A stretch of 63,997 nucleotides of DNA, the filler included, from Stramenopiles sp. TOSAG23-3 (lineage: Eukaryota): the NCBI GenBank assembly GCA_900128585.1. It is 20 parts of 20 records of this genome, joined end to end, with 100 filler letters (N's around TTAATTAATTAA, not from the genome) between each part and the next. Parts side by side here need not be neighbours in the genome. Positions count along the whole stretch, not along the records: positions 1 to 3,128 come from LT644401.1; positions 3,229 to 6,355 come from LT644402.1; positions 6,456 to 9,581 come from LT644403.1; positions 9,682 to 12,805 come from LT644404.1; 16 more parts are not named here. One strand, written 5' to 3'. The position numbers and the translations under genes were made by a program. Positions 1-10,273 of the stretch are shown here, piece by piece. The notes under the pieces were generated by a model. The model worked only from the letters and a program-made list of their open reading frames with translations. It was not told the DNA's origin and made no database searches. Each line of letters opens with the position of its first letter. Within the stretch, counting starts at the first letter, position 1.

Positions 1-79
1 CACATTCTTTTCCCATTTAATAACAGACGCCTTGCGTGGTTTGTCTTCCGCGTCGGCACGTTCGTCCTCTTCACCGCTG
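1..79 (-). repeat. Exact inverted copy of 976-1054 at the contig end (probable amplification/assembly chimera)
   Basis: The reverse complement of 1-79 is identical to 976-1054 (cagcggtgaagagg...gggaaaagaatgtg). Confidence 0.9.
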
Positions 80-1885
80 GCGCTGAAGACCAAGGACAAC
101 TGCTTTCTCGGAATGAACGTTTCTAGCACTGGGACGAGCACGTTCAAACGCATTGTAAGCGAGAAGGTTCTGCCATGGCCCGCGTGCAATTTCTCTATGG
201 AGCGGCAAGCCGCGTTCGTGTTGCGCCACGGCGGGGAGGCCGGGGTGGAAAAATCGTTGCTTTTGAAAATACTTGGGCTGCACGCCGATGATCCGGGGGC
301 GAAAAGACTCCTCTGGCGCTTGAAAACGGACGGGATTTGTGTTGAGAGGCGGCTCGCGGGCTACAACCCCGTCACGGGGGGTGAAATGGTCTCCAAACGA
401 GCAGTGCTGTACTCGAGTGTGTGCGTAGACGGGGAGAAGGCCGTGGCGAATGCAGAACCAGAGAAAGCCCCACGTCAGGACGTCGCAGAGGCGCACCCGC
501 GTTTGCTGGAACGGCTCTTCGCCAGATTCAGGCTAAGGCGAGCTCGATGCTTGCACCTAGCGTTGCAGCCAATCCTTACAAGAGGGCATGTAACCCAACA
601 CTTTACCATTCACGAGCTGGTGGCGCACATGCCAATAGACAAGTTCGTGTCCGAGTTTGTTGACCTGCACGGCATCTTGAACGCGGGGAAACAGGGGACA
701 ACGCCGGAGCGCTTCGAAGCGGTGGTCGCGGAGGAAGTACGAAGGCGGGGGGCCCTCGGGTACCCCATTTCCTCCCTTCCGCGCCAGGAGAGAGACTACG
801 TTTTGTTCCCATTCAAGAAAAAGGGAGTGATGAGAAAGAAAAGGAGCCAGGTGATGGCATACGCAGCCGCCAAGCGCGCGCTGAAACGGCAGAGGGGGGA
901 CGACCTTCCTGCTCCAAATAGAAAGCTGGTGGCCATCCGGTCCAAGATAAACCCCGAGTACATCAGTTGCGACAGCAGCGGTGAAGAGGACGAACGTGCC
1001 GACGCGGAAGACAAACCACGCAAGGCGTCTGTTATTAAATGGGAAAAGAATGTGTTGAAGAGCACGTTTCACCCGGGGATCGTCGATGCCATAAATTCGC
1101 TGCTGCTGGCCAAGGTGCTGCATAGGGAGGAGGCCGGAATGTACAGAATAAACGGGTCCATGGTTCCATGGGGCGCAGAGGCGATCGTTGGTTTTTGGGA
1201 ACACGCTGGAAACAAGCCCTACAACGAGGAGCTTTTGGGCCCTCGCCCTGCCTGGGTTGGGGCGGACGGCGAGAAAACCTCCGTCGCTGGAAAGGACGGG
1301 GGGGGCACGGCCTCTTTGATCGTCAGGGAAGGCCCCATGTTGGAAATGCCAACCACGCTGCACACCCAAGCGGGCATAGAGCCCCCCCCCCGCGAAGAGG
1401 AGGAGACGCTCGTTTCCGCAGAAGAGAACGCACCAAAAAGGCAGAGGTTCGAGAGCAAACCGTCGCAGTTCAAGTTTCCGGAGAGCTTCGGCTCTGAATC
1501 CATAAATAGAGACAAAATCCGGGTCGTTGAACGCCAGCTCCGTGGAATTGCCTCCGGTAGATTAGAGACTGCTCTAGTAAGGGGCGAAGGCGAGCCCGAG
1601 GAGGGCCAGCTGTACCCGTTTTCTGTTGAGATTGTCCGCGGGGATGAGGAAGATGACATCACCAACATGGGCAAGACTGCTTTCGAGAAGTTGTTGTTGA
1701 ACCAGCTGCGAAACTATCCCTCCTGCACCATCAAATCCATCAAGAGACGGGTGGCCGCCATGGGCTATGGTACACAAAGGCTTCAAAATCTGCTTTCCAG
1801 TCTGACCAAGCTGGTTGCCGGGGGCATTGTTGAGCGAATAGAAGCTGGAAACGAGTTTTACTACAACCTGGCGCTTTCAAATTAA
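80..1885 (+). CDS. 5'-partial nuclear protein, possibly TFIIIC subunit 1 (B-block binding)-like
   Basis: Long GC-rich ORF (32..1885; first ~16 codons come from the inverted copy). Segments RARCLHLAL...MPIDKFV...YPISSLPRQER recall GTF3C1/Tfc3. Basic NLS-like tracts. C-terminal winged-helix-like end (LTKLVAGGIVERIEAGNEFYY). Confidence 0.4.
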   Translation, partial: ALKTKDNCFLGMNVSSTGTSTFKRIVSEKVLPWPACNFSMERQAAFVLRHGGEAGVEKSLLLKILGLHADDPGAKRLLWRLKTDGICVERRLAGYNPVTGGEMVSKRAVLYSSVCVDGEKAVANAEPEKAPRQDVAEAHPRLLERLFARFRLRRARCLHLALQPILTRGHVTQHFTIHELVAHMPIDKFVSEFVDLHGILNAGKQGTTPERFEAVVAEEVRRRGALGYPISSLPRQERDYVLFPFKKKGVMRKKRSQVMAYAAAKRALKRQRGDDLPAPNRKLVAIRSKINPEYISCDSSGEEDERADAEDKPRKASVIKWEKNVLKSTFHPGIVDAINSLLLAKVLHREEAGMYRINGSMVPWGAEAIVGFWEHAGNKPYNEELLGPRPAWVGADGEKTSVAGKDGGGTASLIVREGPMLEMPTTLHTQAGIEPPPREEEETLVSAEENAPKRQRFESKPSQFKFPESFGSESINRDKIRVVERQLRGIASGRLETALVRGEGEPEEGQLYPFSVEIVRGDEEDDITNMGKTAFEKLLLNQLRNYPSCTIKSIKRRVAAMGYGTQRLQNLLSSLTKLVAGGIVERIEAGNEFYYNLALSN

Positions 1886-2004
1886 CTCGTAAATTTTACA
1901 CGGCATCGCAAGTTAGTCAAAACATTTTACTTATTAGTGCAAGATAAATTTGTCTTTTTATGTACATCTTAATGTTATCTGAACATTGTCGCACCCACTT
2001 GGTC

Positions 2005-3126
2005 TTAATCGTCAAAATCATCCTCGAGCCAATTCTCGTCCGTAATGACCTGGTTCGAGGACGATTTTTTCCTCTGGTCCTCCCCATCAGAAGGGGGGCG
2101 GGGCATTTTCGGCGGGCGGGGGGCCTTCTTCTTCTGCCCTTTCTTTTTCTTCTTCTTCTTCTTTCCGGCGGCACCACGGTCGCTCGTTTTTCTCCCCGCG
2201 TCCTCGCCCTCGTCATCGTCAACGCCTACCATGGGTGGCTTTGGCTTCTGTCCCTTTTTTGACTTTCTTGACTTTGCCTTTTTCTGTTCGGGTGCCTTCC
2301 TGGACCGTCTCGGGACTGGCGGGGGGCTCGGCGACCGGCTGCGGGCGCCGTCGTCGTCGCGGTCCCGCGCTTTCCCGCCGGTTCCACTTTCAAAATCGTC
2401 GTTGACCAGATCGACCACCCCACGGGACACTTTCCCCTCGCCGCCCTGATCATCGGAGGAGGACCCCATGTCATCCCTCTCCTGTTTTCGAATCAACGAG
2501 TCCAGCAAACGTTTGGTCGACTCCGACATGGACTCTCCCCGAACCCTGGCGTCCTCGTCCTCGGACTCGCTGCTGGAGACCTTCTTCGCCCCGCGGCGGC
2601 TGCTCTTGCTGTGCTTCTTTATCGCCTTCTCGATGTTTTTCTGAACGTCCGGCTGCCTTGCTGGGGCCTCCCCGTCGCTTTCGCTCCCGTCGGTGAGGAC
2701 TTGCACGTTGTTCAAGTCGTCTTCCAGGTCATCCATCCCCAAAAATGCAGTTTTTTTGCTCGCTGGGCGTCCCCTGCGACGCCGACTCCGGTCCTCGTCG
2801 CTGCTGCTGCTGCTGCTGAAAAACTCGTGCACGTCGATCGTTTCGATCTTCTTCTTTCCCTTCTTCCTGCCCTTCTTCTTCTTTTCGTCCGAGACCGACC
2901 ACGTCCTAATGTCCTCTACGGACGGTATGTCGCGCTCGTGCTCGTGCTCGCCGCGCTGGCTCTTTCTGGAGGTGAACACGACCGGGGTGTGCTCGGCAGC
3001 CTTTTTCGACCGCCTCCCTGTTTCCCGCGGGGCGGGGGTCCTCGGTGTGGGGTCCCTGGGAATTACCTCTAAATCCGAGACCTCCTCCTCGGACTCCTCC
3101 TCCTCGGACCCTTCCGACTCCTCCCC
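2005..3126 (-). CDS. 5'-partial low-complexity Lys/Asp/Glu/Ser-rich protein of unknown function
   Basis: Frame is open from the contig edge to the stop at 2005. High GC, convergent with the upstream gene. Confidence 0.65.
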   Translation of the reverse strand, partial: GEESEGSEEEESEEEVSDLEVIPRDPTPRTPAPRETGRRSKKAAEHTPVVFTSRKSQRGEHEHERDIPSVEDIRTWSVSDEKKKKGRKKGKKKIETIDVHEFFSSSSSSDEDRSRRRRGRPASKKTAFLGMDDLEDDLNNVQVLTDGSESDGEAPARQPDVQKNIEKAIKKHSKSSRRGAKKVSSSESEDEDARVRGESMSESTKRLLDSLIRKQERDDMGSSSDDQGGEGKVSRGVVDLVNDDFESGTGGKARDRDDDGARSRSPSPPPVPRRSRKAPEQKKAKSRKSKKGQKPKPPMVGVDDDEGEDAGRKTSDRGAAGKKKKKKKKGQKKKAPRPPKMPRPPSDGEDQRKKSSSNQVITDENWLEDDFDD

Positions 3127-3128
3127 AC

Positions 3129-3228
3129 NNNNNNNNNNNNNNNNNNNNNNNNNNNNNNNNNNNNNNNNNNNNTTAATTAATTAANNNNNNNNNNNNNNNN
3201 NNNNNNNNNNNNNNNNNNNNNNNNNNNN
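3129..3228. other. Artificial contig-joining linker (44 N + TTAATTAATTAA + 44 N), first of 19
   Basis: Identical 100-nt linkers with stops in all six frames also lie at 6356-6455, 9582-9681, 12806-12905, 16028-16127, 19250-19349, 22468-22567, 25683-25782, 28898-28997, 32113-32212, 35328-35427, 38540-38639, 41750-41849, 44960-45059, 48168-48267, 51369-51468, 54566-54665, 57761-57860 and 60954-61053. Contig lengths fall from 3128 to 3093. Confidence 0.98.
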
Positions 3229-3326
3229 ATGCCTATCATCATAAAAAAATACAAATTATCACTCTGACTTTTTTTCTTTTTAATAATAAATGTGATGAAA
3301 TACTGCAAAGAAGAAGAATTATTATT

Positions 3327-4530
3327 ATGTCAAGCACTACAAACAGTGTTGTAAAACCAGGGACGCCCCAAGCTCTTGATATTGACGGCACCAACATGGT
3401 GGTCAAAAAGAAGAAGAAGACAGACTTTATTGTGAATATGGTCAATCCTCGATTTCATAATTATGACAAACCTCTATGTCTTGCCTTGACAGTTGCTTTA
3501 TTTACTATTGCCCTGGTCATTATCATGGCAGGGGTTCTTGTTTCCCAGCCCCCGAAAGACATTCCTATTGACGCTGTGCCTGGTACGAATCAAACAACAA
3601 CGGTGTGTACTGACCACAGAAGCTATCCACAGTTCATCGGACACCATAAAATGCAACGTTCATTGGTCAATAAATTGACTGTTTTGCCCCCGCCACAAAA
3701 CGTGCCTGAAAATGCAGTTGTGACCTTGACCCCAACAATATGCATTGACACTGCGTACGTTACTCTGTCCGGACAAAGTAACTGGGGCTTCTCGTTTTGG
3801 AACAACGGCCCAACAGCGGGGAAGGCAACTTCCCGGCCCAGCCAAGACTTAACTGGTACTATTGATATGGATTTAACTGGCAACCAACAATTAACTGGTA
3901 TTAAAATTTCCAGTGTACCAATTGGCCCATCTTTCATGGAAGTATGCTATCCTCCACCAGCGTATCTCGAAGGGAAGACGCCGGAAAAATATACCAATTT
4001 GGTGAATGGAATCAGCACTGGCACAGCAGCGCCAAGTTGGGGCACTTTCGTTGCCACACCTTATATAATTGGTCTGTGTAACCCAGCTGAGTACAAAGTC
4101 AAGCTCTCCAACTATACACTTTTTAAAGGGGTAAACAAAATCGAGATGCTTAAAACCGGGGACAACTTGGAGTATCAACGCATTCAATGCCCTGCATACT
4201 GTACGTCTCATTCTTTTTCTACGTTTTGAAACGATAACCAATGAACTAACCAAAACAAACACACTTTTCACAGCGCTGGCAAACGGGTTAATTCCCTGGA
4301 ATGTTGTTTATAGGTACACTCTCACAACATGCACGACAACTTCAGTGACTAGCGCAGGAAAAGCTGCGTATACCATTAAAGGCGAACAGGTCAAATTCGA
4401 GAATGCGCTTGGGATAGCGCTTGCATATGCTGCGTACATTGAGATTGTTGTCACAGCCCTTGTTGTCAAGTGCGCGCTATTCAAAAAATGTGTCCGCGAG
4501 GCTGTCAAGGTGGTGCCAGATTGGTATTAA
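3327..4530 (+). CDS. Two-exon membrane protein (376 aa) with N- and C-terminal TM helices flanking a large Cys-containing loop; exons 3327-4200 and 4274-4530
   Basis: Intron 4201-4273 (GTACGT...AACTAAC...CAG) joins ORF 3327..4229 in frame to ORF 4345..4530. TM1 is LCLALTVALFTIALVIIMAGVLV; TM2 is ALGIALAYAAYIEIVVTALVV. Confidence 0.75.
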
Positions 4531-4861
4531 CAGCGTGTTTTTGGATTCGACAGGACGGTAGATGTCGAAATAAAAGGAGAGAAACTTAGAGGCCCGCTTT
4601 CTGAAAGATTTGAAGCAGGCTCTGACTGCAATGACGGCGCGTGTGTCGCTGAACTTGTCGGTCAAAGTTAAACTTTTGTCCGATAGACTATGTATGGTAT
4701 CCAAACATTCGTACGAAACGAAATAGGAACATCGCGAATCCAGCATCCGCACAGTATGTTCCTAGGATGATTAGTATAAGATTGAGTAGTGTAAACCGTG
4801 ATAGGATAATATTGTATTACGCTGAGTAGATGGTATACTCTCTCGTGATGGTGAGGCCTAA

Positions 4862-5124
4862 TTTGCTCTACAATTAAATTTTTTCGTACTATTGCCATTT
4901 ATTTTTATCTCACGATCATTTGGTGCTCTACAATCAATATTTTTCATACTATCGCCTTTTCTATTTATCTCACGATCATTTGGTGCTCTACAATTAAAGT
5001 TTTTCATACTATCGCCTTTTCTTTTTATCTCACGATCATTTGGTGCTCAACAATTAAAGTTTTTCATACTATCGCCTTTTATTTTTATCTCACGATCATT
5101 TGCTGCTCTACAATTAAATTTTTG
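4862..5124. repeat. 60-bp tandem repeat (minisatellite), ~4.4 copies
   Basis: Unit ~tggtgctctacaattaaagtttttcatactatcgccttttctttttatctcacgatcatt recurs at a 60-nt period with few substitutions. Confidence 0.9.
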
Positions 5125-5190
5125 TCTTTTCCTAGTAGATTTAGTACGTGGGAACTGTAGTGTAACTAATTTTCAGTGTTGCTTCGTAGC

Positions 5191-5250
5191 NNNNNNNNNN
5201 NNNNNNNNNNNNNNNNNNNNNNNNNNNNNNNNNNNNNNNNNNNNNNNNNN
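5191..5250. other. Internal scaffold gap (60 N)
   Basis: N run without the TTAATTAATTAA core. Confidence 0.9.
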
Positions 5251-5252
5251 TG

Positions 5253-5609
5253 CAATATTGCGATAGATCCCCGTTGACGGTCTCTGCGGCGTCCACGGTC
5301 GCACGCGCCTATGAAGTGTTTCGAAAGCTAGGTCTACGGCACCTTGTCGTGCTGGGACTAACCGGGGAAGTAATCGGCATGATTACCAGGAAAGACCTGA
5401 TGCTTTTTAAAATTTTAATAGAGAAGAAAAAAGAGTTAAGCGTCATCATTAAGCTTCAAAAGAAAGTCCGACACAGGCTTCGAAGGAAGGGTTTTTATAA
5501 GGGAGGGGGTGCGGAACCTTATGGTTCAGATTTTTCAGAATCGAAAGACGACCAGGAAACCGAAAAGGAGATAGAGAATAGCTTAAAGAAGACCATGTCG
5601 ATGATATGA
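5253..5609 (+). CDS. 5'-partial CLC chloride channel/transporter (CLC-6/7-like), second CBS domain and tail
   Basis: SPLTVSAASTVARAYEVFRKLGLRHLVVL...VIGMITRKDL matches the CBS2 signature of CLC-6/7 (FRxLGLRHLVV...GxxTRKDL). Confidence 0.8.
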   Translation, partial: QYCDRSPLTVSAASTVARAYEVFRKLGLRHLVVLGLTGEVIGMITRKDLMLFKILIEKKKELSVIIKLQKKVRHRLRRKGFYKGGGAEPYGSDFSESKDDQETEKEIENSLKKTMSMI

Positions 5610-5701
5610 TTGTGACAATTTGACACACATGGACATTTAAAAGTGTAAAATTTAATAAAACAAATACTTCTCGTACCTGTGTGCCTTAAGTTATTACTGT
5701 A

Positions 5702-6355
5702 TCAATACTTAAGCGTTGCTTTTACAAAATGTCTTGTCGATTTATCTGCTCGGATGTTCGGTAGAGACTTTGAGATCCTTCGAAACGCCGTTGAGATAGG
5801 ACGCCGAACCATTCGATTTGTGTAGTCCGTCGCTGTTGCAAACGCAAAGGTAAACCTCCTTTTAAAGAATCCAAACGATTCGTTATTTGGGATCATCGCG
5901 TCGAACGAATTTCTAGGCTGTGTGGGGTTGGAGTTCCAAAGCCATTTTTGGATATTTTTATCCTTGTCTATTCTCTGCAATTTTGCAATTGGCTGTTTGC
6001 TATTCAGTAACCCCAAATTTTTATTGTGTAGAGAGTCCGCCTGTTGAATTTCTTTCTTTAACATTCGTAGACGCTCTTTTCGTCTCATTGCCTTTTCAGA
6101 TTTGGACATTTTCTTCTTCAGTGGCACATCGCTCTCGTTCTTGACACGACTGGAATGTGCATTTGTCAAGTAATTAAGAGTGCACATTGCTGAATTGTTT
6201 TCTTTCTTTTGCAGTTTGTACAAGCTCATCGGTTTTTTTTCTTTCTTGCGTCGCTTTCCGCCTCTCCAAATTAGTGGGGGCAACTCCTTTTTACGACTGG
6301 TTGCCGCCGCATCGAAATCGGGTTTTGCTGGGGCGTGGTACATGTTTCGCGGCCT
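5702..6355 (-). CDS. 5'-partial basic protein of unknown function
   Basis: ORF of >=213 aa, open to the contig edge and convergent with the CLC fragment. Confidence 0.5.
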   Translation of the reverse strand, partial: RPRNMYHAPAKPDFDAAATSRKKELPPLIWRGGKRRKKEKKPMSLYKLQKKENNSAMCTLNYLTNAHSSRVKNESDVPLKKKMSKSEKAMRRKERLRMLKKEIQQADSLHNKNLGLLNSKQPIAKLQRIDKDKNIQKWLWNSNPTQPRNSFDAMIPNNESFGFFKRRFTFAFATATDYTNRMVRRPISTAFRRISKSLPNIRADKSTRHFVKATLKY

Positions 6356-6455
6356 NNNNNNNNNNNNNNNNNNNNNNNNNNNNNNNNNNNNNNNNNNNNT
6401 TAATTAATTAANNNNNNNNNNNNNNNNNNNNNNNNNNNNNNNNNNNNNNNNNNNN

Positions 6456-8441
6456 GCTCTTCTCTTTGTTCGGGCCGTACTTGATCTTTGCTTTCGTGCC
6501 AGGCTTCATCTCCTCCGTGACCGTAACTTCCACCATGTTCAATCCCGCCGCGCTATTTTCAGGCGGGAGAAGGGGCACAAAATTCGCTTCTGGCGCTGGG
6601 GGCCCTGCCTCCTCCAGTGGAAGAGGAACTTTTAGCATCGTTCCCACAGAGACACCCTCTGGAATAACGTAAACAAAATCTTTCTCTTTGTTCTCCCCGT
6701 AGCGGATGGTGACTTCCATCCCGCTTTCCATTCCCTCCACCACGGTGAAGGAGACTGCCTCATGCTGGACCGCATTGTCTTCTTTCGGCGTTGTGGTATC
6801 AGCAGCAGTGTCGGTAAGGTCAATATTGTGCTCCAGAAGCAGTGCTTTCAATCGATCGTTCTCTGCACGTAGTTCCGCATGGGAATCTTCCTCTTCAAGT
6901 TCATCTTCACCAGGGGCCTTTGTTGACATTTTTTTCACCAAGGTGTCCGTTAACTCGGACGTGCTGCCAGACGCGCCCGCCATCAGCTTGCAAAATTCTT
7001 CAAAGTTCAACTCTTCTGCCCCAGTACTACTTGCGTTGCGGATCATGCTCTTCACTCGCAGCTTTGACACGCTCAACCCCCGCATTCGTAAGAGTACCGT
7101 GAGCTCTTCGCAGTCGATCGTCCCCCCCTTGTCGGTATCTACCAGTTCGAATACGTCGCGCATGTGTTCGACATTGATGCCGTCCAACGCGTCCAATTCA
7201 CGCTGTTTCTTGTCAACTTTACCCTTGCACCTCCCAAGAATTTTTTCTTCCAGTTTGTGCTCGATGGCATATTCACGAACGAGGTGGCCGACCAGGTAAA
7301 AGAAGCAGATGAGGTTGATTAGTATCAGAAACCCTTGCAGGCCAATAATTTGCCATTCCTTACCATCTTCGTTATCGGATTCCAGTTGAAACATCATCAA
7401 TCCTCCCCACATGGTCAGCCACCCCACCGCCAACGCAGCAGCCTCCATTATGTGCAGAACACCGTTGGAGCTTTCAAACGGGATGAAGTAAAGGTGCAAG
7501 ACCAGCGAGATGAACAGTATGAACAGCGCCATGTGCGTCTGGATTTCGACTGGGGCCATCCTGCCCAGCAGCCCAACGAATATGAAAAAAACTTTTCGAA
7601 TACAGACCACCGCTTCCCACCAGTAGCGCTCCAAACGGTAACCATGGTGCAGAAGGCCAAACCGGAAGCCGATGTCTGGCCGCGCCAAGTGCTGTTTGTG
7701 CTTTCGCATCATGTAAACTGCGAAGCCAGGCAAACCGAACACCCACACTATTATTTGCCCAATGCCCAACGTCAGCACCATCACCAGGTGGCGGCCTTGA
7801 AAACATTGTTCCTGCAAATCAGCGTCCAGGTAGGCCAGGGGCCCCACTCGTTTGCATGCGAACAACGATATTGTTTTGTTGCAAATTGTTGGGTACATAA
7901 GGAACAGCGTCACAACGTTTGTAAGAATAATGTGGTCAAGAACAGTGAATTTTTCAGCCTTTCCAATGATGTCGTGCAACCCTTTCCGTTTCACGCATGC
8001 AACAACAAGCCACAGAAAAGAAAAGAATGCAGGAACGATCACCGGCAAAATGGCATAAAACGCTATAACTTTGTAAAAGTCATTGGCCTTGTCAACAGAT
8101 GAAAATTCACAGTCAGGACTGGCAAACTCGCTAATGTTTCCGATAACGGATTGGAATTTGAACAGATCCAGCAGCGCCTGGGGCCAGCGCAGCGGGAAAT
8201 TAGCCGCGAGCGCGCTAATTCCCATCCAATTGAGAATGATCTTTTTTATCGCATCGGAAATTCCCTCTTTCCCTCCGCTCTTGACCACCATCGCGACCAT
8301 ACCCATTACAACCAAGAACATCAAGAAGAACATCAGAACAAGGAAGCCGCGTGTAGTGCCTTTGCCTGGGCACTTTGAGCAGCGCTTGGACGTCTTCATG
8401 GTGTAACAACGCGTGCTACGCGCACCCGTGAAAGTAGCATT
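6456..8441 (-). CDS. Multi-pass membrane protein with cytosolic EF-hand pair, short coiled coil and a repeated small beta domain; 3'-truncated, 5' exon(s) uncertain
   Basis: About 10 hydrophobic helices. YPTICNKTISLFAC...YLDADLQEQC and YRLERYWWEAVVCIRK are typical of protist TRP-C-terminal-like membrane proteins. EF loops DTDKGGTIDCEEL and SSTGAEELNFEEF. Candidate acceptor (ACTAAT...AG) near 8442 and GTAAGT donors near 8759 and 9053. Confidence 0.75.
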
Positions 8442-9789
8442 CTTATATATTAGTTTCTGGTATCGTTTTATGTTATCAAGAAAACAAAAGAAGAAAATGT
8501 TCGATCCTTCATGAAACCAAACAACCAATGTTCAACAATTGTGTTTAAATTCTAAACTAACTGTAAACCGTCGTCGACTATTGTTCATTATCTTTTCCCC
8601 ACCACCATATAAAATCAAAAAAAATTACATCTCATTCATATTATTAGTTGACTTAAAATCTTTTTTTTTTCTTCTTACTTTCTTCTTCTTCTTCAGCAAT
8701 AATACTAAATACGGTAGTCAAGTCTAGTCATATTATCCATTATCTTCTTTCTTACTTACCTGTAAAAGAAGAAAAATATTTTAAAATTCTACTCTGTACA
8801 TAATATAAGCTCGAATCTCTACAAATAAGGCATACATGTAAGTGGAGTAAGCAACACAAAAAACAAGCCAACCACAATTATTAGTGGTATTATTATGAAG
8901 GAAGGCATGCGGCATGGCCTCCTTATAATGTTGAGTCCTAACGAAATTTTCATATTTTAATGCTGTGTGATGTATGATGTACGAGGAAGGAAGTGACCTC
9001 GTGAAATACACAGTAGTTAAAATCAAGAAGATGTAATCTAAAACAACACTTACCTATGTATTGAATATTGCACACACAGATTACATTGTGAAATTTTCTG
9101 CTCTTTCTGTTTCGTTGTTAGTGGAGTTAGATTGTTGCTGGCGCTGCGCTGCCAATTTCAAATAATATTATCGCTAAAAATAAAATGAGATGATGATACG
9201 ATGGGATGATGGATGTGATATTATAGTTATTGTTGTAGTGTCTAATAGTAGAGAAGATCTATAAATTATTATTTTTTATTATTACAGTATTTATTATTTT
9301 TTTTGAATTGTTGAGAAGATGAAAAAAAGAAGAGCATCGCATTGTTGAACATTGTTTTCATTCTTTGGATAAAGAGTATGTGATTCAATTTGTATATACA
9401 CTGTATAATCAACGAAACGAATATCATATGCTAGAAACGCCTTTCTGATAATTGTAGGGTAACTTTCGTTTTGTTTAGAAATCAAAACTGTACAAGAGTG
9501 CCACTGGACATGTCGAAACCAATTAGACTGACGGTGGGTCCACCGACAAAGAAGGTCGACAAGGGGCCGTCGAAGTGCTACNNNNNNNNNNNNNNNNNNN
9601 NNNNNNNNNNNNNNNNNNNNNNNNNTTAATTAATTAANNNNNNNNNNNNNNNNNNNNNNNNNNNNNNNNNNNNNNNNNNNNCATTTGTTATAATTCATTC
9701 TACCAACAACAATTTCATTAAAAAAGAAAAAAAGAAAAAAAAAAAAAAGAAAGTTTTTAGTAGAGTTTGCCGCGAAATCACAAGGAGGA

Positions 9790-10100
9790 CTTCCTTTTCT
9801 TCTTCTTTTCTTCTTTTCTTCTTTTCCTTCTTTCCTTCTTTCCTTTCTTCTTTCTTCTTTTCTTCTTTTCTTCTTTTCTTCTTTTCTTCTTTTCTTTTTC
9901 TTTTCTTTTTTCCTTTCTTCTTTTCTTCTTCCTTTCTTCTTCTTTTCCTTTCTTCTTCTTTTCCTTTCTTCTTCTTTTCCTTCTTTCCTTTCTTCTTTTC
10001 TTTCCTTTCTTCTTTTCTTTCCTTTCTTCTTTTCTTTCCTTTCTTCTTTCTTTTTTTCTTTCCTTTCTTCTTTCTTCTTTCTTTTTTTCTTCTTCTTTCG
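9790..10100. repeat. Degenerate polypyrimidine (CTT/CTTT) microsatellite
   Basis: About 310 nt composed only of C and T on the + strand. It explains the spurious K/E/R-rich and F/S/L-rich ORFs here. Confidence 0.9.
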
Positions 10101-10273
10101 AAAAAGAGAAGAAAGAGAAACACGAAAGGCATTTTGAAGAAGTGAACTTTTGTACACTTAGATCTACTATATATATTCGGGCCGACGTCTTCTTCATAAT
10201 CCAGTCATATATTGAAACGATACCCTTTACCACTTCTTTCTTTTTCATCCCCTTTTGACGCGACAGCCATACG

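Noticed and set aside
4862..5124. CRISPR-like periodic array
   Set aside because: Whole 60-nt units repeat with no unique spacers, there are no cas genes, and the context is eukaryotic.
8751..8780. Minus-strand polypyrimidine-CAG|GTAAGT resembling a recursive splice site
   Set aside because: CAG|GTAAGT is also the ordinary donor consensus, and no exon chain could be built with confidence.
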